Source: Burkholderiales bacterium
GTDB lineage: Bacteria; Pseudomonadota; Gammaproteobacteria; Burkholderiales; JACQAP01
Direction: 5' to 3'
Assembly: GCA_035275265.1 (NCBI GenBank)
Contig: DATENC010000025.1
Span: 10,230-74,229, forward strand
DNA length: 64,000 bases
Notes under the pieces: generated by a model
What the model saw: only the letters and a program-made list of their open reading frames with translations
What the model was told of the DNA's origin: nothing
Databases searched by the model: none
Made by a program: the position numbers and the translations under genes
Shown: piece by piece, positions 39,461 through 48,041 of the stretch
Layout: each line of letters begins with the position of its first letter
How positions within the stretch are numbered: the stretch's first letter is position 1

Positions 39461-40321
39461 TTACTCCGTGACTTTGGTGGCGAGCCCGCGACGAACTGCG
39501 AGCAGGGACTCGAACTTGAGGTCCTTGGTATCCAAGACTTCCGCCTTCAGATTGCCTTCTTCGCGGGGCACGAAGTAAAAACGGAAGTTCGGATTCTCGC
39601 TGATAGAGAAGTCCACGTCGGCACTGAGGACCTGCTTTCCGGCATAGGTGACGTTGATGGTCCTGACGAAGTACGCCGGCACGAAGAGGCGCGTCATCTG
39701 GTCCATCGCCAGGCCTGAATGGTTCGGGTGGCTGATCATCAGTTGCGCCATGTTCGGCTCACCGAACACCACGGACTGATCCAGATGAAATTTCATGCGA
39801 CCCAGCCGCACCAGCGCGGCTTCGGGATCCTTGCCCGCGGGCGCCGAACAGCCTCCCGCCGCCTTGACGAACTTCGCCGAGCCGTACAGTTCGCCGTCGC
39901 TCAACTCGGCAATCGCCCGCACCGGCGTGTACTCCTCGATACGGATGCGGGTCTCGATTTCCGCAAGACCGCTGTCCGGCGTGAAATGGAAAATCGCGGC
40001 GATGGGCGATGGGTTCCTGTCGACGATCAGATAAACCGTACGGACGTAACGCGAGGCGGCCTGCGGCATCCGGGTGCGAATCGCGATCGGCACAGTGGCC
40101 GCGTCCTGCGCCCGGTAAGGCGCGTCCAGCCAAATCACCTCGTCGGCGTCGGCGCTGATCGCGCGGGAGCCGAAGAAGCTCTCGCGCACCTTCAACCAAA
40201 TTTCGGTATCGGGCACCGCCTCTGCGGCCGGCGCCTCGGGCACTGGCAACGCGCAGACCAGACCCAGCAACAGCGGCCCGCACCATTTGTGCATCCCGCG
40301 CGGAACTTTGGCCAACCTCAT
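39461..40321 (-). CDS. fused SoxY-like/SoxZ-like periplasmic carrier protein
   Basis: Signal peptide. SoxY-like half ends in KAAGGCSAP (carrier-cysteine motif). SoxZ-like half MKFHL...MAQLMISHPNHSGLAMDQ...YFV. ATGA overlap with the upstream small ORF. Confidence 0.7.
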   Translation of the reverse strand: MRLAKVPRGMHKWCGPLLLGLVCALPVPEAPAAEAVPDTEIWLKVRESFFGSRAISADADEVIWLDAPYRAQDAATVPIAIRTRMPQAASRYVRTVYLIVDRNPSPIAAIFHFTPDSGLAEIETRIRIEEYTPVRAIAELSDGELYGSAKFVKAAGGCSAPAGKDPEAALVRLGRMKFHLDQSVVFGEPNMAQLMISHPNHSGLAMDQMTRLFVPAYFVRTINVTYAGKQVLSADVDFSISENPNFRFYFVPREEGNLKAEVLDTKDLKFESLLAVRRGLATKVTE

Positions 40322-40689
40322 TCCTCCTTGCGCAAGAAGCAACCTTTCTGCGCCTTTGCTTCGATGGTCCGGAATTTCTTGGCCATGTCCTGCGACACCT
40401 GCGCATCGCGCAACTGCGCGCCTCGCTCCCCGGCGATCGGAACCGCGTTCGCCGCCGTCGACAGCTCCACGTACTCGCCGTAGCGGACTTGCGCCGCGAT
40501 ACGGTCGATCGTACAGGAACATTTGTACAGCATTTCGTGGCGGCTGCCGGGATGGTTGCGCATGCATTCCTGCACGTACTCCACGCGATCCACCGTCGGA
40601 AAATCGTTCCGGGCCGCATTGGCAGTGGGTGCTGTCGCGGCGAACGCGAGGAAGCCCAGAAAGTTGGCAAATCGCATTTTCATTGTCAT
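40318..40689 (-). CDS. small secreted Cys-containing protein, unknown function
   Basis: 123 aa. Signal peptide MTMKMRFANFLGFLAFAATAPTANA. Four Cys (CMRNH, CSC, GCF). ATGA overlaps on both sides. Confidence 0.55.
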   Translation of the reverse strand: MTMKMRFANFLGFLAFAATAPTANAARNDFPTVDRVEYVQECMRNHPGSRHEMLYKCSCTIDRIAAQVRYGEYVELSTAANAVPIAGERGAQLRDAQVSQDMAKKFRTIEAKAQKGCFLRKEE

Positions 40690-41537
40690 TCCCGGCTGCC
40701 GTTGAAGGGTGCGTTCAGGGCCTTGTCGCGGAAGTTTTGCGGATCCGGATTTCCCGGCTCCGCCTCCACCCACGCGTCCGTTAATCGCAGCAAGTCGGGC
40801 CAATTTTGCGCCGCCTCCAGCGACGTGGCACGCATGAAATACGGTTGCTCCGACTGCGACCGCTCCCAGAAAGACTTTGCGTCGCCAAGCGGCGCCACAG
40901 GTTGGTAGCGGGACAGGTCGAGCACGCGCTCGCTGAACCATTCGACCGGCATCGAGAAGAAGTAAGCCCCCCTTACTGGAAGCCGGAACGAGAGAATGCC
41001 AACCAGCCTGCCGTCCTCGTCGAACAGTCCCCCGCCGCTGGCGCCACCGGAAAAGGCCGCACTGCTTCGTATCACCTGACCACCGTCGAGCGAGTGCAAA
41101 CCGAGCACGTCGCCAATCGAGACCTGGATTCCGGTCGCTCCGCCGTAACCGATCGCCGTGACCGGCTGCCCGACGTGCAGACCCGCGCTGGTGGCAAGCG
41201 GCGCCGCCCTGGCATCCAGCCCGGGAACCCATAGCAGGCAAAGGTCATGGTCGATATCGGCGAACTGGGCGCGCGCATTCCATCGCAATCCGCCTTTGAC
41301 GACGTAAATCGACTTCGCTTCCCTCGTGACGTGACAATTGGTGACAACACGATCCGGCGCAATCACCACGGCGGTGCCAAACGCATACCCGCCGGTGGTC
41401 TTGTTAGCTTCAACCCGCGCCAGGCTTGGCGCCAACTTCAATAGCTGCGCACGGCCCGGGTCCGCCCACGCACTGGCGCAGGCGAGCAGGAATATCGCCA
41501 GCGTCGCCAGGTTCAGAACCGAAGGCAGCGTCCTCAC
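40686..41537 (-). CDS. periplasmic trypsin-like serine protease with a C-terminal extension
   Basis: His/Asp/Ser triad context (VVTNCHV, DHDLCLL, GGASGGGLF) and a signal peptide if the GTG at 41537 is used (RTLPSVLNLATLAIFLLACASAWA). The longer ORF to 41828 overlaps xoxJ. Confidence 0.7.
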   Translation of the reverse strand: MRTLPSVLNLATLAIFLLACASAWADPGRAQLLKLAPSLARVEANKTTGGYAFGTAVVIAPDRVVTNCHVTREAKSIYVVKGGLRWNARAQFADIDHDLCLLWVPGLDARAAPLATSAGLHVGQPVTAIGYGGATGIQVSIGDVLGLHSLDGGQVIRSSAAFSGGASGGGLFDEDGRLVGILSFRLPVRGAYFFSMPVEWFSERVLDLSRYQPVAPLGDAKSFWERSQSEQPYFMRATSLEAAQNWPDLLRLTDAWVEAEPGNPDPQNFRDKALNAPFNGSRE

Positions 41538-41602
41538 CTCAATATGTTGCCGGGCTTTCCGCCCGATCGCAGCGCAATTGCGTGCGGCCTCGTGAACACG
41601 CC

Positions 41603-42499
41603 TCACAGGTCCTGAAGCGGAATTCGGTAGCTCTGCAGGATTTCGCGAATCTGCGGCAACTTCGATTCGATCAGTCCATCGATGCGCTGCTTCCACTTGG
41701 TTTCCCCGTGGCGCACCCCCATCGCTACCTGGTAGTCGAACTTCACCCCCGGTTCGGATGGCATGGGCACCACCACCACTTCGTGATCCTTGACCCGCGT
41801 TGCCGCGAAACCGGCGATCGGACCCCACACGACCGCCGCGTCCACCTTACCCTGCACCAGGTCCTTTTCGACGATCTCGCCGGGATAGTAATCGGGCCGC
41901 GCATTCATCATCCGGTACGGTACGCCACTATCGACCAGGTCATGCTTCTTCAGCCACTGAGTCCCGGGAGAACGGTCGAACAAGCCGATCTTGAGCCGCC
42001 GCAACTGCTCCTTCGGCAGCGCCAGGAAATCGGCAACGCTCTTGACCGCGTCCAATCCGCGGCCCTTGACGTACACCAGCGCGTAGGTAGAGCGGTAATA
42101 GGGCCGGGTGGTGGCGACCTGCTCGAATCCGACCGGCACTCCCATCATGATGTCGCAGCGGTAATCCTCTCCCGGCAGCTTATACCGCAGCGTATTGCGC
42201 ACGAAATTCAGCCGCTGCGCCTGAAAGTAGGTCTCGACCGGCAGGCCCATTTCACGCCCGAACAGCTCGGCGAGCTTGTTCTCGTAGCCTTCGCCCTTCT
42301 CGTTGGAAAAAGGCAGATTGTTGGGATCGGCACACACCTTGAGCACTTTGCGATCAGCCTCGTCTGCTTCATCGGCTATCGCGTCCGCCCCGAACATGAT
42401 GAGTACGCACGCAATCAGCATCGCAAGCGCGCTTGCCCGCTGGTCTTTCAAAGTTCGGGAAGTTTGCAACACACGGTTATGACTGCTGGAGGGCTTCAA
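41603..42499 (-). CDS. xoxJ: MoxJ/XoxJ-like periplasmic solute-binding protein
   Basis: LKVCADPNNLPFSNEKGEGYENKLAELF motif of MxaJ/XoxJ-type binding proteins. TTG 42499 overlaps the xoxG stop; ATG 42421 is an alternative start. Confidence 0.75.
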   Translation of the reverse strand: MKPSSSHNRVLQTSRTLKDQRASALAMLIACVLIMFGADAIADEADEADRKVLKVCADPNNLPFSNEKGEGYENKLAELFGREMGLPVETYFQAQRLNFVRNTLRYKLPGEDYRCDIMMGVPVGFEQVATTRPYYRSTYALVYVKGRGLDAVKSVADFLALPKEQLRRLKIGLFDRSPGTQWLKKHDLVDSGVPYRMMNARPDYYPGEIVEKDLVQGKVDAAVVWGPIAGFAATRVKDHEVVVVPMPSEPGVKFDYQVAMGVRHGETKWKQRIDGLIESKLPQIREILQSYRIPLQDL

Positions 42500-42912
42500 G
42501 GTTTCAGTTCCTCGACCTTGGCACGCGTGATGGCGCCGTCGGATCGGCCCTTGAGGTAGGCATAGAGGTTGTCCATGTTGTCCATGACGATCTTGCTGGT
42601 CTTGAAGGCGACCATCCCTTTCTCGAGCCTGCCCTCGGCGACGGTCTTGACGAACTCCTCCTTGCTCAGCACCTTCAGGCTGCTAATCAGCGAAGGGCCG
42701 ACCATGCCCTCCTGGTTGGCGCCGTGACAGCGGTCGCAGGCCGCAGCGCGCCACGCTCGGAATCCCTTCATCGTGGCCGAATCCACTTTGTAACCATCCA
42801 CTACGGTGTACAGCTTGCTGCCGGAAGCGGGTTCATCTGCCCCTGACTGGAACGTTGCAATCGCCAGAAACACGAAGACCAGACTTCTTGTTGTCGACAT
42901 TGCGGTGCTCAT
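42496..42912 (-). CDS. xoxG: c-type cytochrome (XoxG-like electron acceptor)
   Basis: Signal peptide plus a single haem motif CDRCH. Immediately downstream of xoxF. Confidence 0.75.
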   Translation of the reverse strand: MSTAMSTTRSLVFVFLAIATFQSGADEPASGSKLYTVVDGYKVDSATMKGFRAWRAAACDRCHGANQEGMVGPSLISSLKVLSKEEFVKTVAEGRLEKGMVAFKTSKIVMDNMDNLYAYLKGRSDGAITRAKVEELKP

Positions 42913-42939
42913 GATGTGTGAATCCCCGGGTTGATAAAG

Positions 42940-42974
42940 AAATGGCATCCCGTAAACGCACCGGGATGCCATTT
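42940..42974 (-). promoter_or_regulatory. 13-bp perfect stem-loop between xoxF and xoxG
   Basis: AAATGGCATCCCG-9 nt-CGGGATGCCATTT, 25 nt downstream of the xoxF stop. On the minus strand it is followed by CTTTATC. Confidence 0.55.
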
Positions 42975-42999
42975 CGCATACGAACTATTTTTTGGCTTG

Positions 43000-44796
43000 T
43001 CAGTTTCCGAGAGCAAACACCGTAAGCGATCCGCCCAGTTCGGTGTACTGGTTCAGTTCCTTGTAACCGCCTACCGCACCCAGGCCGTCGGTGTCTTTCT
43101 CCAGGCCGGCTGCCATGCCGATGCCGGCCCAGCCGCCGATGCCCGAGAACACCCCGACATACTGCTTGCCCTTGTGCTCGTAGGTGAATACGTTGCCGAT
43201 GATCCCGGAAGGGGTCTTGAACTTCCACAGTTCCTTGCCCTTCGTGTCCACCGCCTTGAGGTAGCCTTCCAGGGTTCCGTAGAAGACCACATCACCGGCC
43301 GTAGCAAGCGCGCCACTCCACACCGAGAATTTCTCCGGCTTCGACCAGACAATCTTGCCGGTGCCGGCATCCCAAGCAATGAAGTTGCCCATATGTTTGT
43401 CGCCTGGCGGCGGATACATGGAAAGCGTCGCCCCCACGTACGGTTGCCCCGCCGTATACTCGACTGCAAAGGGCTCGTAATCCATGCACACATGATTAGT
43501 AGGCACGTAAAAGAGCTTGGTCTTTGGCGAAAACGCCGCAGGCTGCTGGTCCTTGGTCCCCAATGCTGCCGGACATACGCCCTTGGTGTTCACGTCCGGG
43601 CCGTTTTGCGCCGTCGAGTACTTGGCAACCACCTGCGGACGGCCGGTCTTCATGTCCACGTGGGTTGCCCAATTCACCGACGGGTCATACTTCTGTGCTA
43701 CCAGCAGCGCGCCATTGGTGCGGTCGAGCGTATAGCCGAAACCATTGCGGTCGAAATGCACCAGTGCCTTGGTCATCTTGCCCTTGACCGGAATATCGGC
43801 GAGGATCATTTCGTTGATGCCGTCGAAATCCCACTCGTCGAACGGCGTCATTTGATAGACCCATTTCACCTTGCCGGTATCCACGTCACGCGCCCAGATG
43901 GACATGCTCCACTTGTTGTCGCCGGGACGCTGCGACGGGTTCCAGGTGCTCGGGTTGCCGGTGCCGTAGTACATCAGGTTGAGCGCCTTGTCGTAGCTGT
44001 ACCAGCCCCAGGTGGTGCCGCCGCCGATCTTCCACAGATCTTCCTTCCAGGTCTGCAGCGAGGAATCCTCTCCGACAGGCTGCACCTTGCCGTCCTTCCA
44101 AGCGGTGGTGGTCGTGGGATCGATCAGCATTTCGTCGTCGGGTCCCGTGCTGTAACCTTTCCAGACCAGTTCGCCGGTGTTGATGTTGTAGGCGGCAACA
44201 TAACCGCGCACGCCCCATTCGCCACCGCTGATGCCGGTGATCACCTTATCCTTGAATACATGCGGCGCATTGGTATTGACCGCACCCACGCTGGGATCTC
44301 CGTTCGCTACCGACCACAAGATCTTGCCGGATTTGGCATCGAAAGCGACCAGTTGGCTGTCCGCCTGCTGCAGGAACAGCTTGCCTTCCGCGTAGGCGAG
44401 GCCACGATTAACCGTGTCACAGCACATCTGCGGAATGACCGCCGGATCCTGCTTGGGGGTGTATTTCCACTTGATCATGTTGGTATTCAGATCGATCGCG
44501 AAGACCTTGTTCGGAAATGGCGAATGCAGATACATCATGTCGCCGATAACAAGCGGGGAGCCTTCATGACCGCGCAATACGCCTGTTGAAAAAGTCCAGG
44601 CGACCTGAAGTTTGTTGACGTTGCCGGCGTTGACCTGGCTGAGCTTGCTGTAGCGCTGGTTGTACATGTCGCCAGCCTGCATAGCCCAGTTCTTTGGATT
44701 TGCAATGAGTTTTTCAACGTCCGAGTTGGCTTGTGCCACGCCTGCTGTGGCGGACAAGACCAACGGCAAAACCAGATAACGTAAAGTCACTCTCAT
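43000..44796 (-). CDS. xoxF: PQQ-dependent methanol/ethanol dehydrogenase, XoxF (lanthanide) type
   Basis: 598 aa with a signal peptide, the vicinal CC (PQMCCDTVN), W-rich propeller repeats and DEWDFDG (Asp two residues after the catalytic Asp). Strong AGGAGGAGG RBS. Confidence 0.9.
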   Translation of the reverse strand: MRVTLRYLVLPLVLSATAGVAQANSDVEKLIANPKNWAMQAGDMYNQRYSKLSQVNAGNVNKLQVAWTFSTGVLRGHEGSPLVIGDMMYLHSPFPNKVFAIDLNTNMIKWKYTPKQDPAVIPQMCCDTVNRGLAYAEGKLFLQQADSQLVAFDAKSGKILWSVANGDPSVGAVNTNAPHVFKDKVITGISGGEWGVRGYVAAYNINTGELVWKGYSTGPDDEMLIDPTTTTAWKDGKVQPVGEDSSLQTWKEDLWKIGGGTTWGWYSYDKALNLMYYGTGNPSTWNPSQRPGDNKWSMSIWARDVDTGKVKWVYQMTPFDEWDFDGINEMILADIPVKGKMTKALVHFDRNGFGYTLDRTNGALLVAQKYDPSVNWATHVDMKTGRPQVVAKYSTAQNGPDVNTKGVCPAALGTKDQQPAAFSPKTKLFYVPTNHVCMDYEPFAVEYTAGQPYVGATLSMYPPPGDKHMGNFIAWDAGTGKIVWSKPEKFSVWSGALATAGDVVFYGTLEGYLKAVDTKGKELWKFKTPSGIIGNVFTYEHKGKQYVGVFSGIGGWAGIGMAAGLEKDTDGLGAVGGYKELNQYTELGGSLTVFALGN

Positions 44797-44892
44797 GCCT
44801 CCTCCTGCTTATAGTGTTTTGAAGTTGACCACAGAGTAGTTCGCTCGCCTCACGGTGCCTGCGCATCACCTCTTCACCGCAACGGCATACAC

Positions 44893-44923
44893 ATTTCCGG
44901 CACATGCATTTCCGGACGGAAAT
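44893..44923. promoter_or_regulatory. candidate operator: three ATTTCCGG-type half-sites upstream of xoxF
   Basis: ATTTCCGG (44893-44900), ATTTCCGG (44908-44915) and inverted CGGAAAT (44917-44923). The last two form ATTTCCG-GA-CGGAAAT. About 100-125 nt upstream of the xoxF ATG. Confidence 0.3.
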
Positions 44924-45121
44924 CTCACCGAACGTGTATCTCTATACAAGCACAGTGCTTTTACAGGGTCAACAGATTTCCAGAATGAAAATCGTATGCT
45001 CTGGACGGTGACATGAATGCGACCTTCGAAGGGTGTTTCAGTTCTGGACAACTGTTGCAGGTTGAATCAGAGTCGTCGCCGCGCGTCGCTGTTTTTGGCG
45101 ATGACCTAAGGCGAAAGCACG

Positions 45122-47161
45122 TCAACCGTGCAAGTCATCTCTGCGCTTGCGCGCGCTACCGCGCCGGTCAGGATCAGGCGCGGCGAAGGAGGAATGCTTG
45201 AGTTTTCGGTAGAGCGTGGTGCGGCTCACGTTGAGTTGGCGCGCAGCCGCAGAGATGTTGCCGTTGCAGTTGCGGATGGTTTCCTGGATTGCCTGCAGTT
45301 CAATCTGCTCCAGACTGTCCGCATACATCGAGGACATGACCGCTTGCGCAGCAACCGGTTCGCGAGCCGGTGCCGCAGGTGCAGGCGCCAGTTCTTCGAG
45401 AAAGTCCTCAGGTAGATGGCTGCGTTCGAGTTTCTCGCCCGCGTCCATCATCGCCAGCGCGGCTCGGATAACCGAATGCATCTGCCGCAGATTTCCCGGC
45501 CAGGGGTGATGCGCGAAAATGTCCATGACCACAGGCGAGATCTCGATACGGCGCGCGGCAACGCACTCCTTCGCGGCCAGCGCCGTCGCCAACTCGAGCA
45601 GGTCCTTCCGTTCCCGCAACGGCGGCAGGAACAGCGTGAGACCATTGAGACGGTAATAAAGGTCCTCGCGAAAGCCGCCCGCCCGCACCAGGTCGTGCAG
45701 CTTGTGGTGTGTCGCGCAGATGACCGCCAGATCGACGTTCACCGGCTTGCCATCGAGCGGCGTTATCGCGCGCTCCTGCAGGACACGCAGCAACCGCGCC
45801 TGCAGGTTCAGCGGCATGTCCCCGATCTCGTCCAGGAAAAGCGTTCCGCCGTCCGCCTGCTGGATCTTGCTGATCGTTGACTTGTGTCTGGCGCCGAACG
45901 CGCCCTCCTCGTATCCGAACAATTCTGCCTCGAGCGGGCCCTCCGAAATGGCCGCGCAATTCAGTGCCACAAACTCGCCCCCTGCACGCGTGCCGCTGTT
46001 GTGGATTGCGCGCGCCAGCCATTCCTTGCCGACGCCGGTTTCACCCTCGATCAGGATCGGAATGTCGCGGCCGAGCGTGCGGCGCGCCTTTTCGATGTTG
46101 AACAGCGTCACCGGATCGGATGCGCCGAGCGTATCGAGCGTCAGTTCGTCCAGCGCACGCTGGCCGTCGAATCCCATCTGCCGCTTTTCCGTTGAAGAGG
46201 CCACCGGCTTCCCATGACCCGTTTTCGCGACTACTGTGGGCTGCGCCAATCGCAGGTATACCGGCATGCCGTTGTGGCGCAGACGCACTTGTATCCCTGG
46301 CGGCGAGACCGATCCAAGCTTGCGCAGTACCTGCTCGAAAGAAGCGTCGAACAGTTCCTCGAACACTCCGCGGAAGGCACCCGGACGCAGGTCAAGCTTT
46401 CCGCAGGTTGCCGGTGTTGCCGCCAGGTAAGCGCCATCGGGCGAAAAAGCCACCTGCACATCGAACGGGCTGCCGAGATAGTTGAGTTCCGGGTGAACAT
46501 TGAAAACCACATCGCGGCAGAAGCGGTGCTGGAACATCTGCCTCTCGATCACCCGCACCGCCATCTGTACCAGCGCGATGGTGTGGCGCTGGTGGCCGCG
46601 GTAGTCGCAGGTGATGTCGAGCACGCCGGCCACATCGCCGCTCGGATCGAGCACCGGAGTGGCGGAACATGCCAGGAAATGATTCTGCCGGATAAAGTGG
46701 TGCCCGGCGTAGATCACCACCGGTTCGCGTTCGACGATCGCGGTACCGATGGCGTTGGTGCCCTTCTGCTCCTCGGCCCACGAAACACCAGGCTTGAGCG
46801 CAACGTGCTGGGCCCTGGGAATGAAATCCGGATCACCCAACGAATGCAGGATGAGGCCGTCCCCGCTGCAGAGGAGCACTACGCTTCCCGAGCCGGTGAG
46901 CTGGTGATGGAGATTTTCCATTACGGGGGCCGCAAGATTGATCAGGCTCCCGTACTGGCTCATAGTCACCCGAAGATCCGTCTCATCGATCCGCCCGACT
47001 TCGCGGATGCGATCGTTAGCTACGCCGAAGGCAACGCTGCGTTGCCACGATCGCTTGATGAAATCCGGGACGACGCCCTCCGGAACAGACCCCTTCTCGA
47101 GGAATTGTCCGTAGGCACGGCGGATTGCCGTAACGTCGGTGTTGATCTGGTTGTGATTCAC
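45122..47161 (-). CDS. AcoR-like enhancer-binding-protein-family regulator (GAF + AAA+ + Fis HTH) with degenerate GAFTGA
   Basis: Walker A GETGVGKE, Walker B LFLDEIGDM, C-terminal HTH NGNISAAARQLNVSRTTLYRKL. The sigma54-contact loop reads GAFGAR instead of GAFTGA. Confidence 0.85.
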   Translation of the reverse strand: MNHNQINTDVTAIRRAYGQFLEKGSVPEGVVPDFIKRSWQRSVAFGVANDRIREVGRIDETDLRVTMSQYGSLINLAAPVMENLHHQLTGSGSVVLLCSGDGLILHSLGDPDFIPRAQHVALKPGVSWAEEQKGTNAIGTAIVEREPVVIYAGHHFIRQNHFLACSATPVLDPSGDVAGVLDITCDYRGHQRHTIALVQMAVRVIERQMFQHRFCRDVVFNVHPELNYLGSPFDVQVAFSPDGAYLAATPATCGKLDLRPGAFRGVFEELFDASFEQVLRKLGSVSPPGIQVRLRHNGMPVYLRLAQPTVVAKTGHGKPVASSTEKRQMGFDGQRALDELTLDTLGASDPVTLFNIEKARRTLGRDIPILIEGETGVGKEWLARAIHNSGTRAGGEFVALNCAAISEGPLEAELFGYEEGAFGARHKSTISKIQQADGGTLFLDEIGDMPLNLQARLLRVLQERAITPLDGKPVNVDLAVICATHHKLHDLVRAGGFREDLYYRLNGLTLFLPPLRERKDLLELATALAAKECVAARRIEISPVVMDIFAHHPWPGNLRQMHSVIRAALAMMDAGEKLERSHLPEDFLEELAPAPAAPAREPVAAQAVMSSMYADSLEQIELQAIQETIRNCNGNISAAARQLNVSRTTLYRKLKHSSFAAPDPDRRGSARKRRDDLHG

Positions 47162-47620
47162 GCCGACCTCCTCCTTGTCCGGACTTGTCTTGGGATGCAG
47201 TGGGACAAGAGCATTTGTGCCCGGGGATCATGACGGACCCCATTTTGACTACTCACGGATTCGTGAATTCAGGAAACCGAAGGAAACCGGTGTTCCAGCG
47301 GGCGTTTTCCCGCAGTCAAGCACAGACCCCAGGCAGGGTCAACGTGCCAATCCATTCGGCACGCAAGGGGAAATATTCATTTTGCGATGCACGATTTCTT
47401 CACAACGCTGGATCGGACTGCTCGCTCGCCTCCATCGCGCTCGCTGCCTGCTCGCAAGCGAATGAATTACTTGAACTAGTCTTGGAAAATGTAGTCCCTT
47501 GGCAGCCTTCCGTCGGTGTCACGCTTTCTTGCTGGCAGGCCCGTATCAGGGAGAGTTCATTGCGCTGCGCAATATCGGATTTCAACCCAAACCCATCACG
47601 TAGTCACGTCCGTCACGGCT

Positions 47621-47971
47621 TCACCGTCTGCGCTCGATGCGTACGCCAACGTCGCGGGCGTTGGGGACAACATCGATCTTGGAAATCTCGACCTGCACCC
47701 ACTGTGCTTCGAATCTCGACAACATCAATTCCGCCAGTGTGTCCGCCAGCGGCTCGAGCAGGTGGAAGCGGTGCGAAGCGAACACTTCCCGGACCGCGCC
47801 CACCACTGCCGCATAGTCGATGGTGTCGGCAAGCTGGTCGGTCTTGCACGCGCGAATCCCGTGACGGCCGATGTCTATGTTGACTTGCAAGGTTCTCGGC
47901 TGGCGGCGCTCATGCTCAAAGGCGCCGATGAGCGTTTCGAGCTTTATGTCGCGGACGAAGATGATATCCAT
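47621..47971 (-). CDS. folB: dihydroneopterin aldolase-family protein
   Basis: MDIIFVRDIKLETLIGAFEHERRQPRTLQVNIDI...DTIDYAAV, typical of FolB. Trimmed from the longer ORF (to 48157). Confidence 0.75.
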   Translation of the reverse strand: MDIIFVRDIKLETLIGAFEHERRQPRTLQVNIDIGRHGIRACKTDQLADTIDYAAVVGAVREVFASHRFHLLEPLADTLAELMLSRFEAQWVQVEISKIDVVPNARDVGVRIERRR

Positions 47972-48041
47972 GGACCGGTCGGAGACTGGCGTGGTTCCGG
48001 GCGAATTCCTGTCTGCCCGCACGGATGGCCTCACCACAGCC

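Noticed and set aside
41426-44589. Long plus-strand ORFs (41426-42559, 377 aa; 42931-44589, 552 aa) antisense to xoxJ/xoxG/xoxF. Similar cases: 31746-33302, 49033-50169, 59839-61470, 55565-56617, 56595-57629, 29198-30142, 46214-47233, 33793-34599 and 34205-35212.
   Set aside because: Each lies opposite a gene with strong family motifs. The translated sequences are Arg/Ala/Gly/Pro-rich and low in complexity, as expected for stop-poor antisense frames in high-GC DNA. None has a recognisable motif.
45045-45059. sigma54-like TGGACA-actgt-TGCA on the plus strand in the xoxF upstream region.
   Set aside because: The GG-to-GC spacing is one nt short. It also points toward the 3' end of the minus-strand regulator gene, away from any plus-strand gene.
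45956-45969. TGGCAC-tgaa-TTGC on the minus strand.
   Set aside because: It lies inside the regulator's coding sequence and has N4 rather than N5 spacing, so it is likely chance.
47185-47883. 232-aa plus-strand ORF spanning the long spacer and running antisense into folB.
   Set aside because: It has no RBS or motif, its composition is typical of noncoding or antisense sequence, and it overlaps the well-supported folB-like gene.
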